From Elsinoe ampelina (lineage: Eukaryota): a stretch of 64,000 nt of DNA. The stretch spans positions 673,234 through 737,233 of the forward strand of contig ML992503.1 in NCBI GenBank assembly GCA_010093995.1, in the 5' to 3' direction. The notes under the pieces are model-generated. The model was not told the origin of the DNA. It saw nothing but the letters and a program-made list of their open reading frames with translations, and did not search any database. Positions 47,671 through 59,800 of this stretch are shown here, piece after piece. Position 1 is the first letter of the stretch. Each line of letters begins with the position of its first letter. The translations under genes and the position numbers were made by a program.

Positions 47671-48810
47671 TCAACAGCAACGGCCCCGCCGGTTCTCGAG
47701 CATTTTTAACCTCTCCTCTTCCTCCACGCTGAGGCCCGCGAAACCAGGAGTCGTAGTCATACTGGCGGGACCGAGACCTAGCCAGCTTCGTCGTTTGTCC
47801 CCATGTCCAAGCCTGAAGCTACCACCTTGTGTGACACCATTCGGGCTTAGGAAAGCGTTGTTCTGAGCATTGCCATGTCTGTAGTCGAAGTAGTCGGCTC
47901 CACCACCTGGACCACGGCTTGATGCAAGACCGTAAAGAGAGGTCATGCCAGGAGTTCGGCCCATACTCGCGTCCAGCGCGCGTTGTTTCTCCAGGTTGTT
48001 GTGATGTTGCTCGATCAATTTTCTTGTGATTACCCGAAAGACTTCTTCAATGCCTTCTCCATCCTTCGCGCTGATCTCGTGGCAGCAATCCCAAACCTGA
48101 TCAGGAGCCCCCCAAAGCACCGACGATCGATTGCTGTTCGGCGATAACGTAGCTGTTGTCTGCAAGTTGTTGACCACTGGCGGCGATGCCGACTTTATGT
48201 GAGCTGACCCCGGCCTGCCATTCGACGAGTTCTGGGAATTCTGGATTACAGGTAGCGATGACTCTGGGTACAGCTCTTGCGCGACAAAGTCTATACAGCG
48301 CTCGAACGGGACCTCTCGCTTTGAAGGATCTTCCGCGACAATGTCCGATTTCGTCCCAACAATGTGTAAGATTGTTTGGTCTTCCGATGTATTCAGTGCA
48401 CTTCCTTTCTCTTTCAATTCTCGCAACCAGACTCCCATCTCTTCAAAGGATTTCCGCGAAGTGATATCGTAGCAAAGCACCGCAGCATGGGCTCCGCGGT
48501 AGTAGAGCTTCGATATCGATCGAAATCGTTCTTGTCCGGCAGTATCCCATATTTGCAAGCGGATTGTCGAGTCGGTTTCTGGGTCGTGTACCCGCGCGGT
48601 GAGAAACGACGCTCCAACCGTACTGGGTGTCATGTTGGCTGGGAGGAAAGAGGAGTGAACATAGCGATGCACTAGCGAAGTCTTGCCGACATTTTGAGAG
48701 CCGAGGACCACCACCTTTGCCTCGAGCGATGTAGACACTGGGTGATGAGGAGCGCCCACAGCAGTCGCGGTGGTCGCCGCTGAAGCAAGTGCTGCCACCG
48801 TCTTCGACAT
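47671..48810 (-). CDS. Rab-family small GTPase (Rab5-related, with long insertions)
   Basis: G1 GSQNVGKT, switch I STVGASF, G3 WDTAGQE, G4 GTKSD, G5 ISAK, and a C-terminal CC prenylation motif. Confidence 0.9.
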   Translation of the reverse strand: MSKTVAALASAATTATAVGAPHHPVSTSLEAKVVVLGSQNVGKTSLVHRYVHSSFLPANMTPSTVGASFLTARVHDPETDSTIRLQIWDTAGQERFRSISKLYYRGAHAAVLCYDITSRKSFEEMGVWLRELKEKGSALNTSEDQTILHIVGTKSDIVAEDPSKREVPFERCIDFVAQELYPESSLPVIQNSQNSSNGRPGSAHIKSASPPVVNNLQTTATLSPNSNRSSVLWGAPDQVWDCCHEISAKDGEGIEEVFRVITRKLIEQHHNNLEKQRALDASMGRTPGMTSLYGLASSRGPGGGADYFDYRHGNAQNNAFLSPNGVTQGGSFRLGHGDKRRSWLGLGPASMTTTPGFAGLSVEEEERLKMLENRRGRCC

Positions 48811-50811
48811 CGATAAGGGGTGGGGACCGTGGGGTGAGGGTGATCAGACGCAACAACGCCTAGAATTGCTTTTGACTGCTCACGGCAGCACAGCACAGGC
48901 TCTGTGCGTTGGAGGCGCTCAGCTTGAGGCAGAGCTGTGGCAGTGGACGCGGTACGTTTCAGGATGGGCTGTCCTTGCTCTTCGCCTGGTGTCCAATTTC
49001 ATGCTCCGAGGATCTGCGACTGGATGAAGTTGGACCTGTGCGCAGATGGTTTGCGATTATCAACAACTGTCGGCGGAGGATAAAGGCAAAGTAAGCAAAT
49101 AAAGAAATGGCAACGGGCCAAACGGACGGTGGTGCTGTGCAGCGAGCGCTGAGCACGTGCTGTGGTACACGGCGGGCGGGGTGATGCTCGACCGGAGTTG
49201 GGAGGAGACGCTGTAAACAAACGAAACCTCTTCGACGATCCCGTAATTAATCAAGGTGAGGTGATGTGTTTGAGCTTTCTCTCACCAGTCTTTCGTGCTG
49301 TATACCGGACTGGCGGATATAAACTCAAGGGAACCAAGAAACAAGGCCAGGAAAAGGAATAAGGATTAAGTCACAGTGGCCTCACACAGACACACCGATA
49401 TCGAGTCAGCTGATGAAGCCATGATCACCATCCCAAGCCTTTTTCCCAGCGCCGCTGATGATTTGCTGCAGGTCTGTACTGTAGCCCCGGAATTCGATGC
49501 AGGGCAGGGCACGGAGGGGCCCGGGCGATCCCGTCCCTCGCCTATTCTGAGCAATTCCGCCGGCTTGGTTTCGTCGGGCACTTCTGACCGCACCGTATCC
49601 TTCCCTCAGCACACACTACCACCTTCCGAGCTGTCTGCAATGCCATCTCCACGCTGTCCACATTTTGTGTCTCAAGCGCACTTCGATCCTCGTCAGTCAC
49701 GCGGGGATGGTCAGTTCAACCGAAGACAACGCCCTGGCACTGCAGTCGAGCAATGTCGAAAGATGTCTATGATTGCTCTCTTGTACATGTGACCACGATT
49801 CCGTGAGCATTAATACGCGGGTCGTGTGACAAACGATGGCAATATCTCGACATCCGCCCAGTGGGTCTCGCCCTCGTCCTCCGAGGGACGTTCTGGACAA
49901 CGACCGATCATGCCTTTACTTCTCCACAAGTCTCGATTGTCTTCGAACGGCTTTTCATTCATTATGTGCCGCAGTAAAGCATTCAACTTCGCTCGGGTCG
50001 ACATTAGCATCGGAGTCGGTCCCGGATGGAATTGCACATCGCTCTCACATTAAGCAGAATTCCTACCAGCTTGTCACTGGATGCTGCGAGCATGTGGCCG
50101 CGGCGCAGATTTTCCATCGGGTCTCCCCACACTCTGCAGGCAGAATATCGACCACATTGCTCTTGGAGACAATCTAGGCTCAACGGCGTAACGCCAGAAC
50201 TACTTTATTTGAGCTTGACTCTAGATCCGAACCATCATTGCTCACGGCTGACCTGCAGTAATGCACAAGACATTTTCAGCCAGCTGGAGATTTAGTGGCA
50301 AAACGCATATGCCCGTGCTGTCCTGTAAGCTCCCCAGAAGTCCTAGAACGAGTGTCCATACTTGAGGGGACCAACCATGTCCCTCGGTTCGCTCTCCTCG
50401 ACCTCAAACAACGGTCCAGATTGGCATGCAACGTTGCTGGAGCGTCCCGCACGGTTGGACCTATTTACCTCGAAAAGGCATCGAACATCCCGCAAACAAC
50501 CATGACAAGACGCCACAAGAACCTGGACATCTGTCGAACACAAAACGGCTTTTCGCCTATCTCTCAACTGTAGTCGATATGTCCCAGAATGGCTGGCAAG
50601 GGAACCAGCCGGCCCATACGAGTCGTGAGGCTGCTCAGGTAAGGCGCCACAATGCTCTGTAAGTCAGATCAGAGGTACGATACCTTTACTTACGCATCCT
50701 ACCAGAACTGGAGATCGTCTCTGGAGGCGTCTGGCTATCTAACTCGTTAGGACGTCGACCGTAATGCTTTAACACTGGTATACTTAGGCCGCGCAGCAGT
50801 AATTTGCTTCA

Positions 50812-53800
50812 ATGCGATTTCACCTCTACCTGGCTCCGGTGCTGCTGCTGGCAGCAAGCACGACTGCCTACCCGCAAGACCCGCAAGCAGGATCTGATAG
50901 CGAAGGCTCGACGCCATACGATTCGACAGAGGCGGCAAACAATCAGCTTGATGTTACCTTGTCTCGTCACCCTGGTACGACCGAGGATATCAACAACACT
51001 AGAGGACATAATTCAATTGACCAAGATGGATCCTATTTCAGCAACCTCGCTGACAAGTTCCGCAGAATACGGTTCCTCCCAGAACGCCGCTGGGCGGCTA
51101 CGCACAAAACTACACCACCGCGTAAACGAAGCGTCGTGACTAACGACGTCCCTGAGGCGACTTCTACATGGGATTGGCTTTTCGGGTCCTCTAAACCTGT
51201 CGCTGCCTCTGTCCATGCCGATCGGCCCGTGCGAGAACGGAGAGCAGACTCGGAGCAAAGGCAAGCTGACACTAGCAAGCGCCCTGCCTTACAGCTTTCA
51301 CCTGTAGCGCGAGGACGGACAAGTATTGCGAACCAGCATAGACCCATCACTACCGGCCCTATGGAGTATGCAGCTTCACCTGTCTCTGAGGAGACACCGG
51401 CATTCCAGACCAGCACTCCTAGCTCAAGCAGCACTGAAACGAAGTCGAAAGCACCCTGGCCTGCACTGCAACTCACTCCGGCTGCAGCTCGTAAGAGTCA
51501 AGCACGCGATCCTACTGATTCGGTCAACAAAGCTAAATCGACCCAAGTGTCGAGGTCGACCAGATCAAAGACTCGAAAAGCGACGGGTGGAAAGGGAAAA
51601 TCTAGCAAGATCGCAACGAAGACGAAGTCGAAGTCCAAGAAGAAATCCAAGCACAAGACCAAGAAATCAAAATCGAAGAAGAAGGGTTCAACGACGCCGA
51701 CGCCCATCTCTACACCCGGCAAGAAGCAGAAAGTCGTTTCAACCAAAACGAAGACAGCATCTTCGGCTACCGCGCTTTCCAGTACTTCCGGCCGGCCGCA
51801 GGCTCAGTCAGCGTCCAAGAAGACCAATATTGGGTCCACGACAGGCACATCATCGAGGAAGGTACCAACGACAACCACTAGGTCTTCGAGCGGAGAGACA
51901 AAATCTGCGTCTAAAGGTGCCACTTCGTCAAGTTCGCTATCAACCGCGATGATCTCGCGCGCTTCCTCGAAAAGTGCCAAGAAGAATAACGATGTACTTC
52001 TTCCGTCTTCGACAATCGGCGTCTCCATACCGCAACAAGCTCGATCTTCGACAAGAACCAGCCGCAGCAATCCTTCTGGCGGTTCTAGCACTGCTGGTGC
52101 CGCCATCAAGATTTCGCAGAACGCCGCGGCCTCGATTCATATTTCACGTCCCGACGGAAACACATTGCAGACGACGGCTTCGATACTCTCACATGGAACG
52201 TCATTGTCAAGTGGAATTACGACGTCGCAAGAAACGCTCCCAGTTCCCATGGCACAAACATCCAGTAGCACATCTCCGATAGTCTTGGCACCCATTGTTA
52301 GCATCCCGAAACCAGGCACCGGTCCCACGATTACACGAATGTCCGAGAGTAGCACTACCGTCGTACCAACTTCCATCCACAGTAGCACCAACCAGGGAAC
52401 CGACACTTTCCGTACCACGGCATCTTCGACCACATCTGGACAGAGCTCGCATTATACAAGCCTCGTGTCAACGACTTCACACGCTTCAGGTGATGATGGA
52501 GATCCTCTTTCCACTCCTGGAACACGCGTGGGTGTCCTCTCGACTCCGGCGCGGAGCAATACTCAATTGGCTCAGTCGAGCTTGACGATAGATTTGAGCA
52601 GTCTACCTTTACAGTCAAGTAGCACTCTCGATTCTCAGTCGTCCTCTGCCAGCTACGACACAACGTCGAGTGCTCGCTTCATCACCATCACATCGGACAA
52701 TCTGTCGCCAGCGCCAACAGCACAGTCTTTCGTGCTTCCCGCTAACGTGTCCATTGGATCCTCGGAACAGGTGGCTGCATTCTCAAGTCTGCCTGATAGC
52801 TTCTCCATACTTATAAGCGCCACCACAGAGATGCCTAACGAAGATCCTATTTTGCCAATCCTCGTGACACAGTCGTCGCAAGCGGTTGATCTCTCGAGCT
52901 CCTCATACACGACGCCTGCACCGAGTATGAGTCCACCAGATCCTGTGCTTCCGACTCAGGAAGATCTAGCGCTTCCTTCTCAAAGTCCTGTAGATATCGG
53001 GCAAATCACCACTGCAGCCATCACTAGCCAATACAGTGATATTGTAGTTGATATTTCGCAGACGTCGACGGGGACTCTAGAGCCATCTTCTAGCGATTCT
53101 ACGGGGCCGTCTTTGGCATCATATCCGAATGTTCCGAGCATATCCCAGTCACCTAGCACTCCGATGTTGAGCGAGATCACAACGAGCTTGGACGGTCCCT
53201 CGCAGACAATCCCAATGCAGTCCTTGACTCTGGAAACTGAGACGAGTCTGTCCAGCTTGGAGCCGCGAATCACTACATCCTACTCAAGCGACATTTTCGA
53301 GCCGCAATCATCCACTCTCCCAGTCGCTAGCGAGCCCCTAGCATTGGATCTCCCTCAGGCGAGCACAACCCTCGACGCGAATGGTAGTGGATCTACTGCG
53401 GAACCGATACTTGGTCAAGTCGCCTCGTCCGGACTCGTGGGCGCACCAGTGACAACAGTTGAGCAGATCACTGCCCCATCTGCGACCGACCTGCTTACTA
53501 GCAGTGGACTCCTTGGACAGCTCGAGACCGCATCTTCAACGCAGGTTGTGTCCATTGGCGGTTCTGCAGATCAGACTGAACTCTACCAACAGCAAACGTT
53601 GTCGACTGGGCCAACGACTATCACTGACTTGGCAGCTTTCATGAGCAGCTCTCTGTCCGCTGCCGCAAGCTCAACCAGCTCTTACGATGCCGAGTCGACA
53701 CAGCCGAATGCTTCAGACGGCTTCTCTACAATTGCAATCTCTGCTGACGGCATTGCGTCTGCTACTGGTACGATCCAAGAGTCTGTCGCATCGACAGCAA

Positions 53801-56800
53801 TATATTTCGCACCGACTCGTCAGCTATCTCCATCTCCTGCGGAGTTCAGTAGCCTTGACTCAGCAGTGTCTGTAGACACACCCAGTAGTACCCTACCTGA
53901 CGTTGAGACCGGCCCCAGTCCGAGTCTCCCGATCACGAACGCGCCTCAGCCGAGTATTACGGAAGCGACGTCTCTAGCGGAGAGCGTGAGTTCCGATGTT
54001 GGGGCCCTGACGAGTATCAGCACCCTACCGAATACACAAACGGTGACAACACTGGAGGCGTTAGAATCAGCCCAGAATTTGTCTTCTGTCCCGCAGACTC
54101 AGGTCTTGCCGACGTCTTCTGAGAATACGATCAGCGAAGTGGAGTTTCAGACTCCAGTGGAGTCCCTCGGATCGTACACAAGCTTTTCAGGCATAGGGCA
54201 GCCAGTTGTAACTTCTCTCGTGGTTGGAAGCTCTTCGGCAGCCTCTACACTGACCAATGACGGCTCCCTCTTGATGACAGAGCCCAACACTGTCCCCGTG
54301 TCGCAATCTTCGTCTGAAGTTACTGTACAAAGCTCGATATACACCACACCAAGCGCTAGTATTGATAGACCCGACGTGAGCTCTATCGCGGTACCCACAC
54401 AGATACTGGACCAATCGAGTGACGCGGATATCACCACAATGGAGAGTTCCTTGGTCATCCAACCAACCAATGAAGCCCAACTTCCCAGCACGAGTCAGGA
54501 TCCGTTGCCCGGTCTTGGTACCTCCCAGCAGGGTCCTAGTCTGGTATCGCGCTCTGAGGTGTTGACAGTAGCAACTAGCAGTGCGTCACTGGACTTGCTG
54601 CCACAATCCGAGGCGCTAGCAAGCACTGCTATGAACCATGCAGTGACGAATCCCACTCCACTTGGTACGAGCGTCCCAGAGACTATCGCCAGTGCCATCA
54701 AGTCTTCTACTACGCCTGCACTCGATTCTGAGTCTCCGGATGCACTCGGTCTGTCCTCAATCTCCATGGTCACAACGAGTGGTTCAGATGGTGGCTTGTT
54801 GGCCACAAACACAGCGGAACAGATAACACAACCAATATCAACCTCTATATCAGAGGCATCACAAGACTCCAGCCAACCGACTTCGCTGGGACCTACTCTT
54901 GACACAGGTCTGCCGCAGCCCTTGTCGACGCCAATCTCAACGCAATCGGAGAAGGTAATAACGACGACGGCAAGCTCAGGAACTCTGGACGCACCCTCGG
55001 ATACGCTATCAGTGGCACCACCTTCACTGAATGGGACTCCCCTGAATCCAGTGAATCAAGCACCGCAGTCTTCGAGCACTTCGCAGAGCATAGATGCTGG
55101 CCTTGTCACGGAAATCCAACCCGAAACCAGCCCGACTATAGAAGTGCCGACGATGACGAGCCAATCTGAGTTGTCCTTATCCACGCTTAGCGCTGACGAT
55201 TCAGACCCCACCGCTGAAGCGCTCCAGATGTCGAGTCTATCTACACCCGGGTTTGCCTCGCCTACTGACATGCTTGCTTGGATGTCAAGTTCGATCAGCG
55301 CCAATGCTGCCTCTTCCAGTCTGGACTCTTTCACGCCCACCATCACTCCAGCAGCGATCCTCGATGTCTCATCGTCAGCTGCTAGTGACCAGCAACCTAC
55401 GCCAGCCCCTGCAGAGCTCAGCAGCAGTCTTGACACTTCAGCAATAAGCCTGGCAGAGCCGAGTTCCTTGACTCTGGCAAGTTTCCCCGATGCTACGATG
55501 AAGAGCTCTACACTCTTGCCTGACCTTGTATCTTCGGAGAGCTCCACGATCTCACTGCCAAGTCCTGTAATCCAAGCTGCAAGCACCAGCTTGCCGTTGA
55601 CCGGGGAGACCATCCCTGCAGTACCCGAGCGGTCCTCCAGCGGCATGTCACAAGATTTGACATTGCATACAACGAGCACTTTGGATCCTACACTCAGCTC
55701 CGTCTCATCAGTGAACTCGCCGTCCGCCATTGAGGCTTTCTCGAGCACAAGCGAGACTATAGTTTCATCGACCAGCATCCCGGTAGAGCAGATCAGCAGT
55801 GTAACAGTGGCCATAGAGGAACCGCTCTCAAGCTCGGCGATGGAGACACTGACCATACCCAGCGAGAGCCCGCAAACAACTCTTGGCATGTCGGAAATCA
55901 TCTCCTCAAGCATGGACGCTGACAGTGGAATTATCACCTCAACGGACTTTGTTGCTTCAAGCTCGGAAGTGCCTCTGGAGACACCGCAGCCTGTCCTAGA
56001 CTTCACCGCCCCAGGTCTAGATATTCCGACTCATAGTAGTTCCACGGAGAGTTCAGCTGTCGTAGAGCTTCCCTCTACTAGACTCGACGTTGACATAGCA
56101 TCGTCCACATCCTCACTGGACGTCTCTTCGCTCACACAGCCAGCACTACCGCAGGATACACCAGAAGCTACCGACAACATCATGTCCGCCAGCTCCGGTA
56201 ATAGTATACCAAGCAGCTCTATCGATCTGCCAACGGACGGAAGTCCAGCATCCACCACTGTAGATATATTTACCTCGGAACCGAACTTGGCGTTTCCCAG
56301 TCCTTCGCCACTTCCAACAAGCTCATCATTATTTGAGCCATTGCCGACGAGTGATACAGGTTCATCTTTTCCAACCCCAATCAGTTCGCCCGATTCGAGT
56401 GAGCTACCCAGTGGTAGTAGCACTGTTCCAGGCTTGGACCCGCTGGCTAGTTCGATGAACGATGTCCAGTCGTCCCAATTGCCCTCGCCTACCGCGCAGC
56501 TATCGACCAGCGGTGACCAGTCTGAGATCAGTCCTACGAGCATTCTAATTGACAGCACAAGCACCATCTTAAACACAGACCTGTCGTCCAGCATTTCAAG
56601 TGAGGGCCAGCCTACTAGTGCCGCAGCGTTCGTCACTAGCCTGCCAGCCAGCGATGAGGAGCCGACCGGACAAGGGCTACCTGCAGCCACGATTGACAGC
56701 TCTAGCACGACCAGTGACATACTGACGTCGGATCTGCCACAGCCCAGCCTACCCGGGATCATCGATGCCAGCAGTAGCACAGTCGTGGAGACAGAGGCTG

Positions 56801-59800
56801 TTACGAGCTATTTGGGTGACATTACGTCCAGTGCCTTAGCAGCCCCGAGCTCTGAGCTTCCCTCAACTATTCCGACATCGTCCGTATTAGAGATTTCTAG
56901 CTTACTCCTTGATGACACCTCAAGCGCAGATCTTGGTGTACCAATTCCTACGACCTCCAGCCTTGGAATTGCTGCACCCGTCACGCTACAAGAATCCCAC
57001 TCGGAATCACTCACTTTGAACACAATTCCCTCACCCACAAGCACTACCATGCAGGGTTTGTTGCTTCCCGAGTCATCCTTGATCAGTTCCGAAGAGTTGG
57101 ATAGCGTGTCGACACCCGTGATGGATTCTCTACCGAATCATTTCGCCTCAAGCTTAGCAATCTCTGAAGTTCAGACCTACTCCAGCGAGACACCCACCGT
57201 CACTGCACCAAGTATGAGCACCAACGAGGCTATTGCATCGCCCGGTTTCACAAGCGACTTACCAGCGCCGACTGTCACCGCAATAACGTCCCTCGCGTCA
57301 CCGCCAGAGTCGACCGAGGTGATCTCATCCAGCCTCGATCCCGCACCCAGTCTGCTCCCCCAGACAGAGTCGTCACAGACCACTTTACTAGAGACCTCGA
57401 TTCTGGACTTGCATCTGTCCAGCAGCGACTTGACATTGCGCTCCACATACGATCCTGTTGCGCAGGTCGCATCGAGCTATACCGCACCCACTATTACCAT
57501 GCAAGAGACGTCGCTAGAAGGTCCGACCTCTTCTGCATTGAGCGACTGGTATACTGCTCCAAGTGTCCCGACTGTCTCAACAGACACCCTTGCGGATATG
57601 ACGACCTCCAGCTCCTTGTTGGAGTCGACAAGTTTGGCGAGCTTGATCCCTGATGCAGGAGCGACTCTCACAACTTTGTCCTCTGAACAGTCTTTTGCTT
57701 CAAGCGAGATGGCAATTGAGCCAATAGCGACCAGTGCCGGTCTGTCAATCTTCAGCTTAACCGCAGGTGGACCCTCAGATGTACCAGCGCAAGCTTTATC
57801 GACTTCCTTCAGCACACTAGACCCTGCAATTCTAGATGTTGTTTCGACCAGCTCGGAGAGTATCGAGGCAGAGTCGAGTCAAACTTCAGGTCTTTCCGAC
57901 ATTATTGACCAACAGACCTTCGTCCTTGCAGTGTCCTCACATGGCCCTGCCACTGTTTCCTCGACGCAGATAAGTCTTCCACCAGCACCCGCTGATACCA
58001 TGGTCGGTTTGGATTTGAGCACGTCACCAGAAACATCAGCGTCAAGCCCGGCCACATCGGAAGTCACTCTCACTTCAGACTTGTTCAGTGTGTTGCCAAC
58101 CACTTTCATGACGAGCTATATCCGTGACTCGTCGATCGAAGTTTCGAGCAGCCCTATAGCCAGTCCTGGTACAGGTCCGGTCTCAACGGACCTGGTGGCA
58201 CCATTGACGGGACTTACTTCCAGTATGTCGTCATCTTCAACAATCTCTGGATTGTCGAGCGAGTCAGTAGAAGAGGCATTAACAACGCTGTCCACACCAA
58301 GCGGCTTCACCACCATGATCTCATCCGGCATTCCGTCTGGGACACCTGAAATTGGTCAGATCTTGTCGTCCATCTCCGTGGCTCCGTCCACAGAGCCAGA
58401 CACAGAGATGTCAATCAGTGCTACCTCAATTCTTGCCTCGGATCCTGTGAATCTTGGTCTACAAACTTCTTCGCAGCAATCTTCCGATCAGCCTCAAACA
58501 TCTTCAAACACACTGTCAGAGCAGTCACTTGAAGTTGAAACGTCCACTCTTCCGTCACTCGTCCAATCAGTCCCAGATTCTTCAGAGGCTCTACAAACAT
58601 CAGTCATCGAGCAACCCACTTTATCAACGATCTCGAGCCTAGATCTACAATCTACGATGTCACAGATTCAGACCAGCGAAATTGTGCAAGCAACAAACAT
58701 TATTTCGGTTCCAGCACTCAATGCAGCCAGTCAAATTTCCGATGAAGGTTCCTCATCAATGTTAAGTACTTACTCGAGCATGATGACTTCGCCATCCATT
58801 ACGAGCCTTGAGACTAGCTCGTCCAGCAGCATTCCCTCAAGCCTTACGCCTCTTGCTCAAGCGACAGACGTAGCTTCACTGGTCGAGACTTCACTGCAGC
58901 TCCAGTCCAGCACTGCCATCCCCGAATCTCAGATTACAAGCGTCCCTAGTCTCAGCCTCCTTGCGTCTGAGCAGCAGACATCATCGATTTTCGTCTCTAC
59001 GCTAGAAGGCTCGCCGTCCAGCGTCGTTGTACTGCCCCAAATTGCTACACCTTCCGGACTAGATCCAGTGCCTACGCAGTCCGCTACGTTGACCTCAACC
59101 TTGAGCTATGTCACTCCGAATACAATGGCAGATCAACTGTCCTCGTCCTCGACCGATCACGTATTGGATAGCTCCACTCAGGAAATCTCAGTCCCGACGA
59201 CACCTGGTCCCCTCATCGCAACTTCAAGCATGGCAAGTCTCACGATGGAAGATCAGCTCAGCTTGAGCACCTCAGTGGGCTCGTTGCCGATTGAGTTGGC
59301 GCCGTCTTCGTCTGCCAGTAGTGGTCATCAGTCTTCCGCCTCCGAGACATCCTCACAGCAGAGTCAGCCTTTACCCAGTCTGACAAGTCCAAGCTTATCA
59401 AGCACAGACTTGAATGTTTCACTTGCGACCCAGGTGATTGTGCCGCTGAGCCCGCAGTCTACTTCTTATCATGAATTTTCTCAGTCCAGCACTGCTGTGT
59501 CTGAACAGACTAGTCAGACTGCCAACCAGAACCCGACGTCCGCCTTGTCGCCACCGAGCAGCATCCTGGATGATTTGAGCTCTGTGTCGCCAGCTATCAA
59601 TGCTGCCTTGTCAACCTCCGTGCAGCCCAGTCTCACTAGCATGCAGACACCGACGACAGCCAACACAATCTCCCTCTCCGGTCAGCCGGCCCTCGAGACA
59701 AGCGATATCCACTTGTCCAGCGCCTCTGTCTCAGCTGCATCAATTTTGGATTTGACATCGATCGCAAGCAGCAGCATCGTTGTCAGCTCCGAGTCGGTCA

